From Chloroflexota bacterium (GTDB taxonomy: Bacteria; Chloroflexota; Limnocylindria; Limnocylindrales; CSP1-4): a DNA stretch of 64,000 nt. Location: the NCBI GenBank assembly GCA_031373765.1, contig JANMNF010000024.1, positions 4,780 to 68,779 on the forward strand, written 5' to 3'. The notes beneath the pieces are model-generated. The model worked only from the letters and a program-made list of their open reading frames with translations, did no database searches and was not told the origin of the DNA. Below are positions 27,251 through 37,636 of the stretch, one piece after another (within the stretch, counting starts at the first letter, position 1; each line of letters opens with the position of its first letter). The position numbers and the translations under genes were made by a program.

Positions 27251-28072
27251 ATGGACATCGCGCTCCTGATGCTCGTAGGCGGCATCGGGGTGGGGATCTT
27301 CGGATCCCTGCTCGGGCTTGGCGGTGGCCTGCTCATCGTCCCGCTCCTGACCTTCGGGTTCCAGCTACCGCTGCGTGAGGCGATCGGGGTTTCGCTCGTC
27401 TGCGTGATCGTGACGAGCGGTGCATCCGCGAGTGTCTTCCTCGAGCGGAGAGTGGCCAACCTGCGCCTCGGCATGACGCTCGAACTGTTCACCGCGATCG
27501 GTGCCCTGGTCGGCGGGATGATCGCCTTCCTGCTCGATGAGCGAGTCCTCGCCGGGCTGTTTTCGCTCCTGATGACCTACGTGGCCGTGACGATGCTTCG
27601 ACGCCGTTCCGCTTCGACGTCCGACGGTGCGGAGGAGACTCCAGACGTCGTGCAGGATCCAGCGTCGTTCACAGCCCGGCTGTCCGGTCCGGGATACCGG
27701 GTTCGGAATCTGGGGCTCGGCATGGTCGGATCCGTGTTCGCGGGCGTGTCCTCGGCACTCCTCGGGATCGGTGGGGGACTGATCAAGGTGCCGGTGCTCC
27801 ACGTCGTGATGGGCGTCCCGCTTCGGGTCGCCACGGCAACCAGCAATCTCGTGATCGGCATCACGGCCTCGACGAGCGCCTGGATCTACCTGCTTCGAGG
27901 AGGCATCGATCCGTATGCCGCCGGCCCGACAGCCATCGGCGTATTCGTCGGAGCCTCGATCGGCTCAAGGATCGCGCACCGCGTTGACCTCAACGCTCTT
28001 CGACTCCTGTTCACCGGTGTGCTGCTGTTCACGGCCTTCCAGATGCTCCGACGCGCGGCGGGAATCCAGTGA
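27251..28072 (+). CDS. sulfite exporter TauE/SafE family membrane protein (DUF81)
   Basis: Two repeated 4-TM halves with LGLGGGLLIVPLL / LGIGGGLIKVPVL motifs. Confidence 0.75.
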   Translation: MDIALLMLVGGIGVGIFGSLLGLGGGLLIVPLLTFGFQLPLREAIGVSLVCVIVTSGASASVFLERRVANLRLGMTLELFTAIGALVGGMIAFLLDERVLAGLFSLLMTYVAVTMLRRRSASTSDGAEETPDVVQDPASFTARLSGPGYRVRNLGLGMVGSVFAGVSSALLGIGGGLIKVPVLHVVMGVPLRVATATSNLVIGITASTSAWIYLLRGGIDPYAAGPTAIGVFVGASIGSRIAHRVDLNALRLLFTGVLLFTAFQMLRRAAGIQ

Positions 28073-28476
28073 GCGACGAGTCCGCAGACCAGGCCCAGGG
28101 CACGGCAACGAGCGATGCCGGGATGGACGGCCGGATCGCGCGCCTGCTTCGCTTCGGCACGTACCTCGCCGTCGCCCTGATTGCGATCGGTGTCGTCCTG
28201 ATGCTGGCGACGGGTCGGTCGCCGCTCGATGTCGCTCCGGCGTTCGACCCGGTGCGCCTGGTGGGGGACCTCGTCGGGCTTCAACCGGCCGGCTTCCTGT
28301 GGCTCGGCCTGGTCGTGGTGCTCCTCACGCCGGCCGCGCGCGTCGCCGTTTCGGCGTTCGGTTACGCTCGTGTTGGCGATCGATCAATGGCCCTGATCGC
28401 CGGTCTCGTGCTCCTCGTCATCCTGACGGGCGTCCTCCTCGGCACGCCCGGACTGCTCACCAGCCTCGGAGACTGA
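28069..28476 (+). CDS. DUF1634 family membrane protein
   Basis: About 135 aa with three TM helices. Translationally coupled to the upstream TauE gene, the usual DUF81-DUF1634 pairing. Confidence 0.6.
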   Translation: MSDESADQAQGTATSDAGMDGRIARLLRFGTYLAVALIAIGVVLMLATGRSPLDVAPAFDPVRLVGDLVGLQPAGFLWLGLVVVLLTPAARVAVSAFGYARVGDRSMALIAGLVLLVILTGVLLGTPGLLTSLGD

Positions 28477-28479
28477 TTC

Positions 28480-29526
28480 TTGGATCTCGTCGTTCTCGCC
28501 ATCTCGTTCGTGCTCATCCTCGCCGGCGCCGAACTCTTTACCAACGGCATCGAGTGGTTTGGCCGAAAGCTCGGCCTGGCCGAGGGCGCGGTTGGGTCCG
28601 TGCTCGCCGCGGTCGGGACGGCACTCCCCGAGACGATGATCCCGATCATCGCGATCGTGTTCGCGAGCGGCGCCTCGACGAACGGGATCGGCATCGGGGC
28701 GATCCTCGGAGCTCCGTTCATGCTCGCGACACTGGCCATGTTCGTGACCGGTGCCGCCGTGGTGTGGCAGGGCAGGCATCGACCCGCCGGCGATGTCATG
28801 CCGGTCGACGTGGCGGTCCTCGGGCTCGACATGCGCACCTTTGCGATCGCCTACGGCCTGGCCATCGCGGCCGCCTTCCTGCCGATTGAGCCGGTCTGGC
28901 CGAAGTACATCGTGGCGGCTGTCCTGGTGGGCATCTATGTCATGTACGTGAAGCGGCACTTCGAGGCCGACCCCGAGGTGGACCTCGAGGACCTTGCGCC
29001 ACTCCGCTTCCGCCACCTCGACCCGTTGCAGCGACGCAACCCGGGGCCGCCGCGCCTGCGTGTCGTCAACGTCCAGGTCTTCGCGGCGCTCTCGTTCATC
29101 GTGATCGGGGCGATCGCGTTCGTCGGCGCCGTCGAGCACGTCTCGTCCGCGCTCGGCGTATCGGAGGTCCTGCTGGCCCTGATCGTTGCCCCGATCGCGA
29201 CTGAGCTGCCCGAGAAGTTCAACTCGATCATCTGGGTCCGACAGGGCAAGGACACCCTGGCCATGGGCAACATCACGGGAGCGATGGTCTTCCAGGCTAG
29301 CCTGCCGACGGTCATTGCCCTCGTGTTCATTCCCCACGAGTGGGTCATCGGGCCCGGCTCGTACGTCGCGTTTGCCTCGGCCGCGATCGCGTTTGCCTCG
29401 GCCGCGGTGATCTTCATCCCGATGGCGCGGCGTGGTCGGTTGACCGGCCGCGGACTGATGGTCGGTGGACTGTTCTACCTGGTGTACCTGGCCGTCGTCA
29501 TCGGGGCGATCCTCCAGCCGAGTTGA
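28480..29526 (+). CDS. Na+/Ca2+ exchanger-like CaCA family transporter (YrbG-like)
   Basis: Two alpha-repeats (GTALPETMIPIIA; ATELPEKFNSIIW) and about 10 TM segments. Confidence 0.7.
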   Translation: MDLVVLAISFVLILAGAELFTNGIEWFGRKLGLAEGAVGSVLAAVGTALPETMIPIIAIVFASGASTNGIGIGAILGAPFMLATLAMFVTGAAVVWQGRHRPAGDVMPVDVAVLGLDMRTFAIAYGLAIAAAFLPIEPVWPKYIVAAVLVGIYVMYVKRHFEADPEVDLEDLAPLRFRHLDPLQRRNPGPPRLRVVNVQVFAALSFIVIGAIAFVGAVEHVSSALGVSEVLLALIVAPIATELPEKFNSIIWVRQGKDTLAMGNITGAMVFQASLPTVIALVFIPHEWVIGPGSYVAFASAAIAFASAAVIFIPMARRGRLTGRGLMVGGLFYLVYLAVVIGAILQPS

Positions 29527-29629
29527 TCCGGGAGCACGCAATCTGAGCTCGGAGACGGTCGCGCTATACTCGGGATCGAACAAGATCGGTCCCGCGGCCG
29601 CTGCCGCGTGCAGCCAGGAGCCCCATTCG

Positions 29630-30598
29630 ATGCTCACTGAGAAAGCCCCAGCCGTCGCCAAAGCCGCGCCAGAACTTGACGATTTGATCTGCTACTTCGA
29701 GGGCAAGTTCGTTCCGCAGCGGGACGCCAAGGTCAGCATCATGACCCACGCCTTCATGTACGGGACGGCGGTGTTCGAGGGAATCCGGGCGTATTGGAAC
29801 GCGGATCAGGGTCAGCTCTACGGGCTCTTCCTTCCGGAGCACATGGAGCGCATCCGACGCAACGCCGGGATGCTCCTGATGCAGGATCTCCCGACGACGG
29901 ACGAGCTCGTCAGCCTCATTGTCGAGACGGCCGCCCGGAACGGGCTCCGTGAGGATCTGTACCTCCGCCCCTGCTTCTACAAGTCGAGTCGCACGGTCGG
30001 CGTGCGCCTCCATCATCTCGAGCACGATCTCGTGATCTTTGCCGTTCCGTTCGGCAACTACATCGACATCGACAAGGGCGTGCGCCTGATGACCTCGTCC
30101 TGGCGCCGCAACGCGGACGATGCGCTGCCGGCTCGTGGCAAGATCGTCGGCGGCTACGTGAACATGGCATTCCAGAAGTCCGAGGCCGAGCTCAACGGCT
30201 TCGACGAGGCGCTGGTGCTGACCCACGACGGCCACGCTTCCGAGGCCTCCGCGGCCAACATGTTCGTGATCCGGGACGGGATCCTGCGGACCCCGCCGGT
30301 CAGTGACGACATCCTCGAGGGTGTGACCCGCAGGGCCATTCTCGAACTCGCTGAAATCCTCGGGCTGCCGGTCGAGATCCGATCCATCGATCGGTCCGAG
30401 ATCTACGTGGCCGACGAGATGTTCCTGTGTGGAACCGGCGTCCAGATCTCGCCAGTCATCGAACTCGACCATCGAAACGTCGGTACGGGATCCGTAGGAC
30501 CCATCACCCGGCTCATCAGGGACGAGTACTTCAACGCGGTTCGGGGACGGACGCCTGCGCTCTCGCACTGGGTGACCCCGATCGCCATCGGTGGCTGA
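29630..30598 (+). CDS. ilvE: branched-chain amino acid aminotransferase (fold type IV)
   Basis: Conserved YFEGKFVP…FEGIRAY…ERNxRL-type class-IV aminotransferase blocks over the full length. Catalytic Lys region …KIVGGYVN…. Confidence 0.8.
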   Translation: MLTEKAPAVAKAAPELDDLICYFEGKFVPQRDAKVSIMTHAFMYGTAVFEGIRAYWNADQGQLYGLFLPEHMERIRRNAGMLLMQDLPTTDELVSLIVETAARNGLREDLYLRPCFYKSSRTVGVRLHHLEHDLVIFAVPFGNYIDIDKGVRLMTSSWRRNADDALPARGKIVGGYVNMAFQKSEAELNGFDEALVLTHDGHASEASAANMFVIRDGILRTPPVSDDILEGVTRRAILELAEILGLPVEIRSIDRSEIYVADEMFLCGTGVQISPVIELDHRNVGTGSVGPITRLIRDEYFNAVRGRTPALSHWVTPIAIGG

Positions 30599-32360
30599 CG
30601 GACTCGCCCCGGCGCCGTGGGTTGCAGCCGAAGCGGCCACGTCAGCGCTCGTCGATGTAGTCGGAACGACCGATTCATCGCGCGCCGACCCGCCTTCGGT
30701 TGAGGCGGTTCCCGATCGCGCACGGCGGATCCAGCGGCTGCTCGAGATCGTGCCCGGGGTCATCACCTGGGGCCTGATCGTCACCTCGGTCGGGCTCTCG
30801 TTCCGCTGGCCGGAGTTCGTGGCCTGGTTCGTCCTCTCGTTCGACGTGTACTGGCTGTATCGAGCGGTCATGCTCACCGGCGGTGTCCTCGCGGCGTACA
30901 CGATGCTTCGGAAGACGGTTGACCAGGACTGGCGGACGCGAACCTACGCCCTCCGTGACGTATCCGGGCGGATCACCCAGATCGAGGAGCGTCTGCCCCG
31001 GATGGCCGCCCGGATTGCCGAGCTGACACGAAGCGGACAGCGCCCGGCCGCGCTCGGGGGAGGTCGCGAGATGGCCCGCCTGCGGTCGGAGCGCAAGGAT
31101 CTGCTTCGCCTGATGGCCCGGCGCGGTGACGCGATCCCGGACCCCGATCGGCTCTGGCATGTCGCCCTTGTGCCCACCCACACCGAGCCGTATGAAAAGC
31201 TTCACGCCACAGTCCAGGCGCTTGCTGATGCCGACTGGCCGACCGAACGCCTGATGGTTGCGATCATCACCCGCGAGACGGATACCCAGGGGCGCGAGAA
31301 CGTCGCCCGCCTGCGCGAGGTCTTTGGTCATCGATTCCTGCACTTCTTCCACATCCTCGATCCGCTTGAGCCCGGGATCGTGGTCGGCAAGAGCAGCGCG
31401 ATGGCGTACGGTGGCCGATGGCTCTATCGGAAGCTCGAGAGCCTCGGCTTCGATCCCGGCGAGGTGCTCGTCACCGATCTCGACTCCGATTATCGCGTCC
31501 ACCCCGGGTACTTCGGCTACCTGAGCTGGACCTTCCTGACCGACACGGACCGCTACCGTCGGCTCTACCAGCCAATCCCGATGTTCCACAACAACATGTG
31601 GGAGACGGCCCTGCCGATCCGCCTCGTTGCGATCGGGGCGACGCACGTCCATATGGGTCGCTCCCTCACGCCCGAGAAGCTGATCAGCTTCTCGTCCTAC
31701 TCCGTCAGCCTTCGAACGATCCACGATGTCGACTATTGGGCGACCGACGCCATCCCCGAGGACAGCCGGTTCTACTGGAAGTCCTTCTTCCGATTCAGCG
31801 GCGAGTTCCGGGCGATCCCCCTGTTCATGCCGATTTACGGCGATGCGGTGCGAGCGCGTTCGTACCCGCGCTCGCTCATCGAGCAGTACACCCAGATCCG
31901 CCGCTGGGCATGGGGCGTTACGGACATTCCGTACTACATCCGGAACGCCTTCGCGCATTCCGAGATCCCCCGAATGACGCGGATCCGGCGGCTCGTCGAG
32001 CTCTGGTTCGACCACCTCAACTGGGCGATCGCGCCATTCGTCATCATCTTCGGATCCAACCTGCCGCTGATCCTCAATCCGGCGTTCGCCCAGACCACCC
32101 TCGGCCAGAACCTGCCGCTCTACGCCTCATGGCTGCTGACGGGTGCCTTCGCCTGCCTGGTTGTGCTCATGTACGTCGAGGAGCGCATCGCGCCGCCGCG
32201 TCCGGCGTCCTGGGGGCTCATCCGGAACGTGATCAGCCGCGTTCAGTGGCTTCTGCTCCCGGTTGTCGGCCTGATCTTCTCGAACCTGCCGGCGCTCGAT
32301 GCCCAGACACGCCTGATGGCCGGCAAGTACCTCGAGTACAAGGTGACCGAGAAAGCCTGA
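30591..32360 (+). CDS. membrane-embedded processive family-2 glycosyltransferase (cellulose-synthase-like)
   Basis: DxD motif (VTDLDSD) and a QxxRW motif (YTQIRRWAWG), flanked by N- and C-terminal TM helices. A coiled-coil segment lies in the N-terminal cytoplasmic region. Confidence 0.6.
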   Translation: MADGLAPAPWVAAEAATSALVDVVGTTDSSRADPPSVEAVPDRARRIQRLLEIVPGVITWGLIVTSVGLSFRWPEFVAWFVLSFDVYWLYRAVMLTGGVLAAYTMLRKTVDQDWRTRTYALRDVSGRITQIEERLPRMAARIAELTRSGQRPAALGGGREMARLRSERKDLLRLMARRGDAIPDPDRLWHVALVPTHTEPYEKLHATVQALADADWPTERLMVAIITRETDTQGRENVARLREVFGHRFLHFFHILDPLEPGIVVGKSSAMAYGGRWLYRKLESLGFDPGEVLVTDLDSDYRVHPGYFGYLSWTFLTDTDRYRRLYQPIPMFHNNMWETALPIRLVAIGATHVHMGRSLTPEKLISFSSYSVSLRTIHDVDYWATDAIPEDSRFYWKSFFRFSGEFRAIPLFMPIYGDAVRARSYPRSLIEQYTQIRRWAWGVTDIPYYIRNAFAHSEIPRMTRIRRLVELWFDHLNWAIAPFVIIFGSNLPLILNPAFAQTTLGQNLPLYASWLLTGAFACLVVLMYVEERIAPPRPASWGLIRNVISRVQWLLLPVVGLIFSNLPALDAQTRLMAGKYLEYKVTEKA

Positions 32361-32381
32361 GGCCCGATCCGGGGCAGCGGA

Positions 32382-34193
32382 TCAGGGGATCGGCGGTGGT
32401 GTCAGCGCCGGCGTGCTCGTGCCGGTGATCACGACGATATCGGCGGTTGCCGTCGCGTTCGTCACGAGCTCGGCCTTGGCGCCGAACAGACCCTCGAGCG
32501 CCGCAACCGTCAGGGGCATCGTCAATTCAGCGCCGTTGTAGACCCGGATGGTCGTGCCGACGAGCCCGGAAACGTCCGGCTTCTGTCCCGGTGCGGACGC
32601 GGCGATTCCCAGGAACTCGAGGTAATCGGCGATGCGGCTCGCCTCGCCGGACTTGCCCGAGCCGTTGAGGATGTACACGGAGGCACCCTCCGCTGCGAGC
32701 TGTTCCAGCCGGTCCCTGGCCGCATTGGCCGTGAACGCATCGCGGATTGCCGCCCGGATCCGGGTCAGCTTGGGCACGATGATGTAACCGCGCGCGCTGG
32801 CCTTGTACTCGGTCTGGAAGAACGGCGGGGTGAAGATGAAGGATCGGACCGATCGGGACGAGATCTTCTCGGCAAGTCCGAGCAGCCGCGGGAACAGGTC
32901 TCGCGGAATATCGGTCCGGACGGACGAGGCGAGGGCTGAGGCCAACTCATCGACGTGCGGCAGGATCCGTGCGATGTCGGTCTGCTGACGGAGTGACAGC
33001 AGGACGCGCTGCTGCCGCGCGCCGCGATCGAAGTCCGAGGATCCGTGGCGCGAGCGGGCGTACACGAGTGCATCGGCGCCGGTCATGTATTGCATGCCGG
33101 ACGGGATGTAGACCCGCTGGAGTCCGCCTTCCGTGGCCGGGTAGCGGTCGTCGACCACAGGCACCTGGACATTGATCGTGACGCCGCCGAGGGCATCGAC
33201 GATCTTCCGGAATCCGTCGAAGTTGACCTCGACGTAGTACTTGATGTCGATCCCGTAGAGCTCGCTCATGATGGCCTTCAGGCCGTTGTAGCCGCGGGTC
33301 TTGTCGGTCCCCGGGTACAGGTCCTCGCGATGGCGGATCGCGGCGAACCACGAGTTGATCTTGCCGGCGTAGACTGTCCCGAAGAGCTTCCGCGCAGGCC
33401 CCGGCGGGATCGGCACGTCGACCGTGTCGCGCGGGATCTGGAACATGGCGACCTGGTTCGTGACCGGGTCGATCGATACCGTGATCATCGTGTCCGTGTT
33501 GTGGCCGCCGCCCTGCTCATCGGCACCGATCAGCAGGATGTTCAGGCGCTCGGTCCCGTTCCATGGCGGAATACTCGCGGCTGGCACGGCGGTACCGACC
33601 GCGCTCGGATCAGGGGTCGCTGTATCGGTGGGCTCGGCGGAGGGATCCAGCGAGGTGCTCGGAGTCGCGTTGGGGTCGCAGCCCGAAGCGCCGGGATCGA
33701 AGATGCACTGCGTCGTGCCCGCAAGCAGGACGTCGTAGCGGGCAACCGCGATGTGCAGAGTGCTCATGACGATCATCACGGCAAGCAGCCCCGCCACGGC
33801 CGTGATCCTCGTCACGCCACCCGTGGAACTGCTGGTCGCGCGGCCTTCGACCGACACGGTCCTCCGTCCCGGCGTATTGCCGCCGCCGAGCCACCGAGCG
33901 ATCCGCCAGGCATCGACGATTGCGGCGGCGCGGTAGGCGAGGGCCACGAGATTGACCACGAACAGGCCCGCGATGAACCACTCCTGAATGGCGAGACCCG
34001 CGAGCTGAAAGACGTCGAGGCGAACGGCAATCCCGGCGACCAGCGCCCCGATCAGGATCGGCGGCGCGGCAAACCCGAGGGCGCGCCGATGGGCGCCGAG
34101 ATAGGCGTGTCCGAGCCCGGGGAACAGGAGGGAGAGGAACGCGGCGACGAAGGCGGAGCTTCGGCGCGGACGCATCTCGTGCGCGGTCTGCAT
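32382..34193 (-). CDS. LytR-CpsA-Psr (LCP) family cell-wall glycopolymer phosphotransferase
   Basis: N-terminal TM region followed by an LCP domain: LNILLIGADEQGGGHNTDTMITVSIDP…FQIPRDT…VNFDGFRKIVDALGGVTINV. Start taken at MQTAHEM (34193). Confidence 0.8.
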   Translation of the reverse strand: MQTAHEMRPRRSSAFVAAFLSLLFPGLGHAYLGAHRRALGFAAPPILIGALVAGIAVRLDVFQLAGLAIQEWFIAGLFVVNLVALAYRAAAIVDAWRIARWLGGGNTPGRRTVSVEGRATSSSTGGVTRITAVAGLLAVMIVMSTLHIAVARYDVLLAGTTQCIFDPGASGCDPNATPSTSLDPSAEPTDTATPDPSAVGTAVPAASIPPWNGTERLNILLIGADEQGGGHNTDTMITVSIDPVTNQVAMFQIPRDTVDVPIPPGPARKLFGTVYAGKINSWFAAIRHREDLYPGTDKTRGYNGLKAIMSELYGIDIKYYVEVNFDGFRKIVDALGGVTINVQVPVVDDRYPATEGGLQRVYIPSGMQYMTGADALVYARSRHGSSDFDRGARQQRVLLSLRQQTDIARILPHVDELASALASSVRTDIPRDLFPRLLGLAEKISSRSVRSFIFTPPFFQTEYKASARGYIIVPKLTRIRAAIRDAFTANAARDRLEQLAAEGASVYILNGSGKSGEASRIADYLEFLGIAASAPGQKPDVSGLVGTTIRVYNGAELTMPLTVAALEGLFGAKAELVTNATATADIVVITGTSTPALTPPPIP

Positions 34194-34291
34194 CGCGGGT
34201 AGGATACTCGGACCCGACGTCAACCGCGGCCGGGTTGGTTCGACGCCCGAGCCGACGCCCGGCGGCAAGTCCAGAAACCTCGCGAGGCCTG

Positions 34292-37200
34292 ATGTTCCGA
34301 CCCGTCCCCACGCGCCCGGATCTCGTTCCGATGGAGCACGAGACCCTTGCCTTCTGGCGAGAGCGCGGGACGTTTGCCGAACTACGCGCGCAGAACGCTG
34401 CCGGCCCGAAATGGAGCTTCCTCGACGGTCCCATCACCGCCAACAACCCGATGGGCGTCCATCACGCGTGGGGCCGTACGTACAAGGACCTGTACCAGCG
34501 GTTCCACGCCATGCTGGGTGAGGCGCAGCGCTGGCAGAACGGGTTCGATTGCCAGGGTCTGTGGGTCGAGGTCAACGTGGAGCGGGATCTCGGCTTCACC
34601 TCGAAGCGGGACATCGAGGCCTACGGCATCGCCGAGTTCGTCAGCCTGTGCAAGCAGCGCGTCCTGACCTATGCCGCGCGCCAGACCGAACAGTCCATTC
34701 GCCTCGGCTACTGGACCGACTGGAACGACCCGGACGAACTTCGCCGCCTGCGGGATCTTCTGGCCGACGATCCGGCCCAGATGGTGACCGTCGACGGTCC
34801 TCGTGGACCCGTGACCGATACCGTCGAGATGATGGTCGGCCGTCTCGGCATGCCTGATCTCGGCGGCAGCTACTTCACGTTCAGCAACGAGAACAACGAC
34901 CTGATCTGGGGCTTCCTCGCCGAATGCCACCGCCGCGGCTGGATCTACAAAGGCCACGACACGATGCCGTGGTGCGCTCGCTGCGGGACCGGCCTATCGC
35001 AGACCGAGGTCAACGAGGGATATCAGGATCGGGACGACCCTGGGCTGACCGTCCGGTTCCCGTTGCTCGACCGGCCTGGGGAATCGCTGCTCGTCTGGAC
35101 GACCACGCCGTGGACCCTGACTTCGAATGTCGCGGCGGCGGTCGGTGCGGAGCTGCGCTACGTTCAAGTCCGATCGGGCGGCGACATCCTGTGGCTGGCG
35201 AAGGGGACCCTGAAGTCGGCCCTCGAAGGTCCATTCGAGGTCCTCGAGGAGCGCCCGGGCAGTGATCTCGTCGGTTGGCGCTACGCGGGACCATTCGACG
35301 AACTGCCCGCGGTCACCGAGGCATTCGCTCGCGGCACGAAATCGGAGCCGGGCATCGCGTATGTCCACCGGGTGGTCGCCTGGACCGAGGTCGGCGAGGA
35401 GGAGGGGACGGGCATCGTCCACATCGCTCCCGGCTGCGGCGCCGAGGACTACGCGCTCGGCAAGGCCCTCGGGCTTCCGGTCATCGCCCCGCTCGACGAG
35501 GCAGGGATCTTCATCGACGGCTTCGGTGCATTGACCGGTCGCGACGTCCGCGATGTGACCGAGCCGATCGTCGAGCATCTCAAGCGCGAGGGACGGTTTC
35601 AACGCCTTGAGACCATCAACCACCGGTATCCGCATTGCTGGCGATGCCAGACGGGTCTCGTCTTCCGCCTCGTGGATGAGTGGTACATCAGCATGGGCGA
35701 GGTCTACGACCAGCCCCGCGAGACGCTCACGAAGGAGCAGGTGGACCAGAGCCTCAGGTACCAGATCATGGAGGTCGTGGACCAGGTCCGCTGGCTACCA
35801 GGCTTCGGATATGAGCGTGAGCTGGACTGGCTCATGAACATGCACGACTGGATGATCAGCAAGAAGCGCTACTGGGGGCTGGCGCTCCCGATCTACGAGT
35901 GCTCGTCCTGCAAGCACTTCGAGGTCATCGGTGGCCGCGACGAGCTGCGTGACCGGGCCGTCGCCGGTTGGGACACGTTCGAGGGCCACACGCCCCATCG
36001 CCCGTACGTGGACGAGGTCAAGATCGCCTGCGCCAAGTGCGGCGCGGAGACATCCCGGATCCTGGACGTCGGCAATCCCTGGCTCGATGCAGGGATCGTG
36101 CCGTTTTCCACGCTTCACTACCGCGAAGAGCCCGACTACTGGGCCCAGTGGTTCCCGGCCGACTTCATCACTGAGAGTTTCCCGGGGCAGTTCCGGAACT
36201 GGTTCTACGCCATGCTCGTGACCGGTACGGTCCTGCGCCGCGAACCTCCGTTCAAGACGATCTTCGGCTACGCGACGCTGTTCGCCGAGGACGGCCGCGC
36301 GATGCATAAGAGCTGGGGCAACGCCATCGAGTTCGATGAAGCCGCCGAGCGGATGGGCGTCGACGTGATGCGTTGGCTGTATATGTCGTCGCGACCGGAC
36401 GACAACATCCTGTTCGGCTGGCACGCCGCCGACGATGCCCGACGACGCCTGCTGATCCTCTGGAATGTCTACGCCTTCTTCGTGACCTACGCCCGCCTCA
36501 CGGGTTGGACACCCGGCCCTGCCGATCCACCGATGCTCGAGCGCTCACCCATGGACCAGTGGATCCTGTCCCGGGCAGCGGGGCTTGCGGCCGCCGTCGA
36601 AGACCGGTTCGCCGACTACGACGCGGTCTCCGCGACGCGCCTCATCGACACGTACATCGACGATATCTCCACCTGGTACCTGCGCCTGTCCCGCAAGCGG
36701 TTCTCCCGCGGAACCGGGGCCGATCGCGCTGCTGCGTTCGCGACGCTTCATGCGGCCCTCGTCGCGGTCGCCCGCGTGAGTGCCCCGATCCTGCCGTTCC
36801 TGTCCGAGGAGCTGTACCGGAACCTGGTCGTGGAACCGGACCCAGACGCGCCGCACTCCGTTCATCTCACCCGGTTCCCGACTGCGGAGTTGGCAGGACT
36901 GCGCAACGAACGCCTGGAAGGGGCCATGGCCACGGCGCGGCGGGCGGTCGATCTGGCCCGGACCCTGCGCGGCAACGCCAACCTCAAGGTTCGCCAGCCG
37001 CTCGCGCGGCTGTGGCTGGCGCTGCCCGGCGGCGACCTCCACGAGCTCGAAGCCCTCGTGGCTCTCATCGCAGAGGAACTCAACGTCCGCCATGTGGAGT
37101 TGATCGGCGATGAGTCGGAGCTGGTTGATCGCCGGCTCAAGGTGCTCCTTCCCAAGGTTGGCAAGCGTCTTGGATCGGCAATCCCGGCCGTCATGGCGGC

Positions 37201-37636
37201 AGCTCGGGATGGCGCCTTCGTGATCAACACCGATGGATCCGTCACGCTGGCGGGGATCACCCTTGCCGCGGACGAGGTTGAAGTCATGGCCATGCCGCGG
37301 CCTGGAACGGTCGTCGCCCACGACGATGGGCTGCTGGTCGTCCTCGACACGGACCTGACTGCGGACCTGCTGGCGGAAGGGGATGCCCGCGAATTGCAGC
37401 GAGCCATCCAGGACCTCCGAAAGGATGCCGGGCTCGAACTCGACGACCGCATCCTGCTCCACGTGGACGGTCTCGCGCAGGGGGTGGTCGAGCATCTCGA
37501 TGCCGTCGCGGCGGAAACGTTGGCGGATCTGGTGGGAGCGCCTCCGTCCGGCGCCATCACCGGGACGGTCGGCCTTACCGCCGGAGCGGCGACCATCTCG
37601 CTCGCTCGCCGGGGAGAGGGCCAGCCGCGATCATGA
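34292..37636 (+). CDS. ileS: isoleucine--tRNA ligase (type 2)
   Basis: About 1113 aa class I aaRS with a HIGH-like PMGVHHAWG and a KMSKS-like AMHKSWGN motif. Editing/CP1 domain and WCxRC zinc motif present. Conserved ileS-lspA linkage. Confidence 0.85.
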   Translation: MFRPVPTRPDLVPMEHETLAFWRERGTFAELRAQNAAGPKWSFLDGPITANNPMGVHHAWGRTYKDLYQRFHAMLGEAQRWQNGFDCQGLWVEVNVERDLGFTSKRDIEAYGIAEFVSLCKQRVLTYAARQTEQSIRLGYWTDWNDPDELRRLRDLLADDPAQMVTVDGPRGPVTDTVEMMVGRLGMPDLGGSYFTFSNENNDLIWGFLAECHRRGWIYKGHDTMPWCARCGTGLSQTEVNEGYQDRDDPGLTVRFPLLDRPGESLLVWTTTPWTLTSNVAAAVGAELRYVQVRSGGDILWLAKGTLKSALEGPFEVLEERPGSDLVGWRYAGPFDELPAVTEAFARGTKSEPGIAYVHRVVAWTEVGEEEGTGIVHIAPGCGAEDYALGKALGLPVIAPLDEAGIFIDGFGALTGRDVRDVTEPIVEHLKREGRFQRLETINHRYPHCWRCQTGLVFRLVDEWYISMGEVYDQPRETLTKEQVDQSLRYQIMEVVDQVRWLPGFGYERELDWLMNMHDWMISKKRYWGLALPIYECSSCKHFEVIGGRDELRDRAVAGWDTFEGHTPHRPYVDEVKIACAKCGAETSRILDVGNPWLDAGIVPFSTLHYREEPDYWAQWFPADFITESFPGQFRNWFYAMLVTGTVLRREPPFKTIFGYATLFAEDGRAMHKSWGNAIEFDEAAERMGVDVMRWLYMSSRPDDNILFGWHAADDARRRLLILWNVYAFFVTYARLTGWTPGPADPPMLERSPMDQWILSRAAGLAAAVEDRFADYDAVSATRLIDTYIDDISTWYLRLSRKRFSRGTGADRAAAFATLHAALVAVARVSAPILPFLSEELYRNLVVEPDPDAPHSVHLTRFPTAELAGLRNERLEGAMATARRAVDLARTLRGNANLKVRQPLARLWLALPGGDLHELEALVALIAEELNVRHVELIGDESELVDRRLKVLLPKVGKRLGSAIPAVMAAARDGAFVINTDGSVTLAGITLAADEVEVMAMPRPGTVVAHDDGLLVVLDTDLTADLLAEGDARELQRAIQDLRKDAGLELDDRILLHVDGLAQGVVEHLDAVAAETLADLVGAPPSGAITGTVGLTAGAATISLARRGEGQPRS

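Noticed and set aside
34194-34291. Possible T-box leader upstream of ileS, including a gggttggttcgacgcc element.
   Set aside because: Only ~98 nt separate the divergent LCP start and the ileS ATG, which is too short for a T-box leader. No convincing AGGGUGGNACCGCG T-box sequence, specifier loop or terminator/antiterminator was found.
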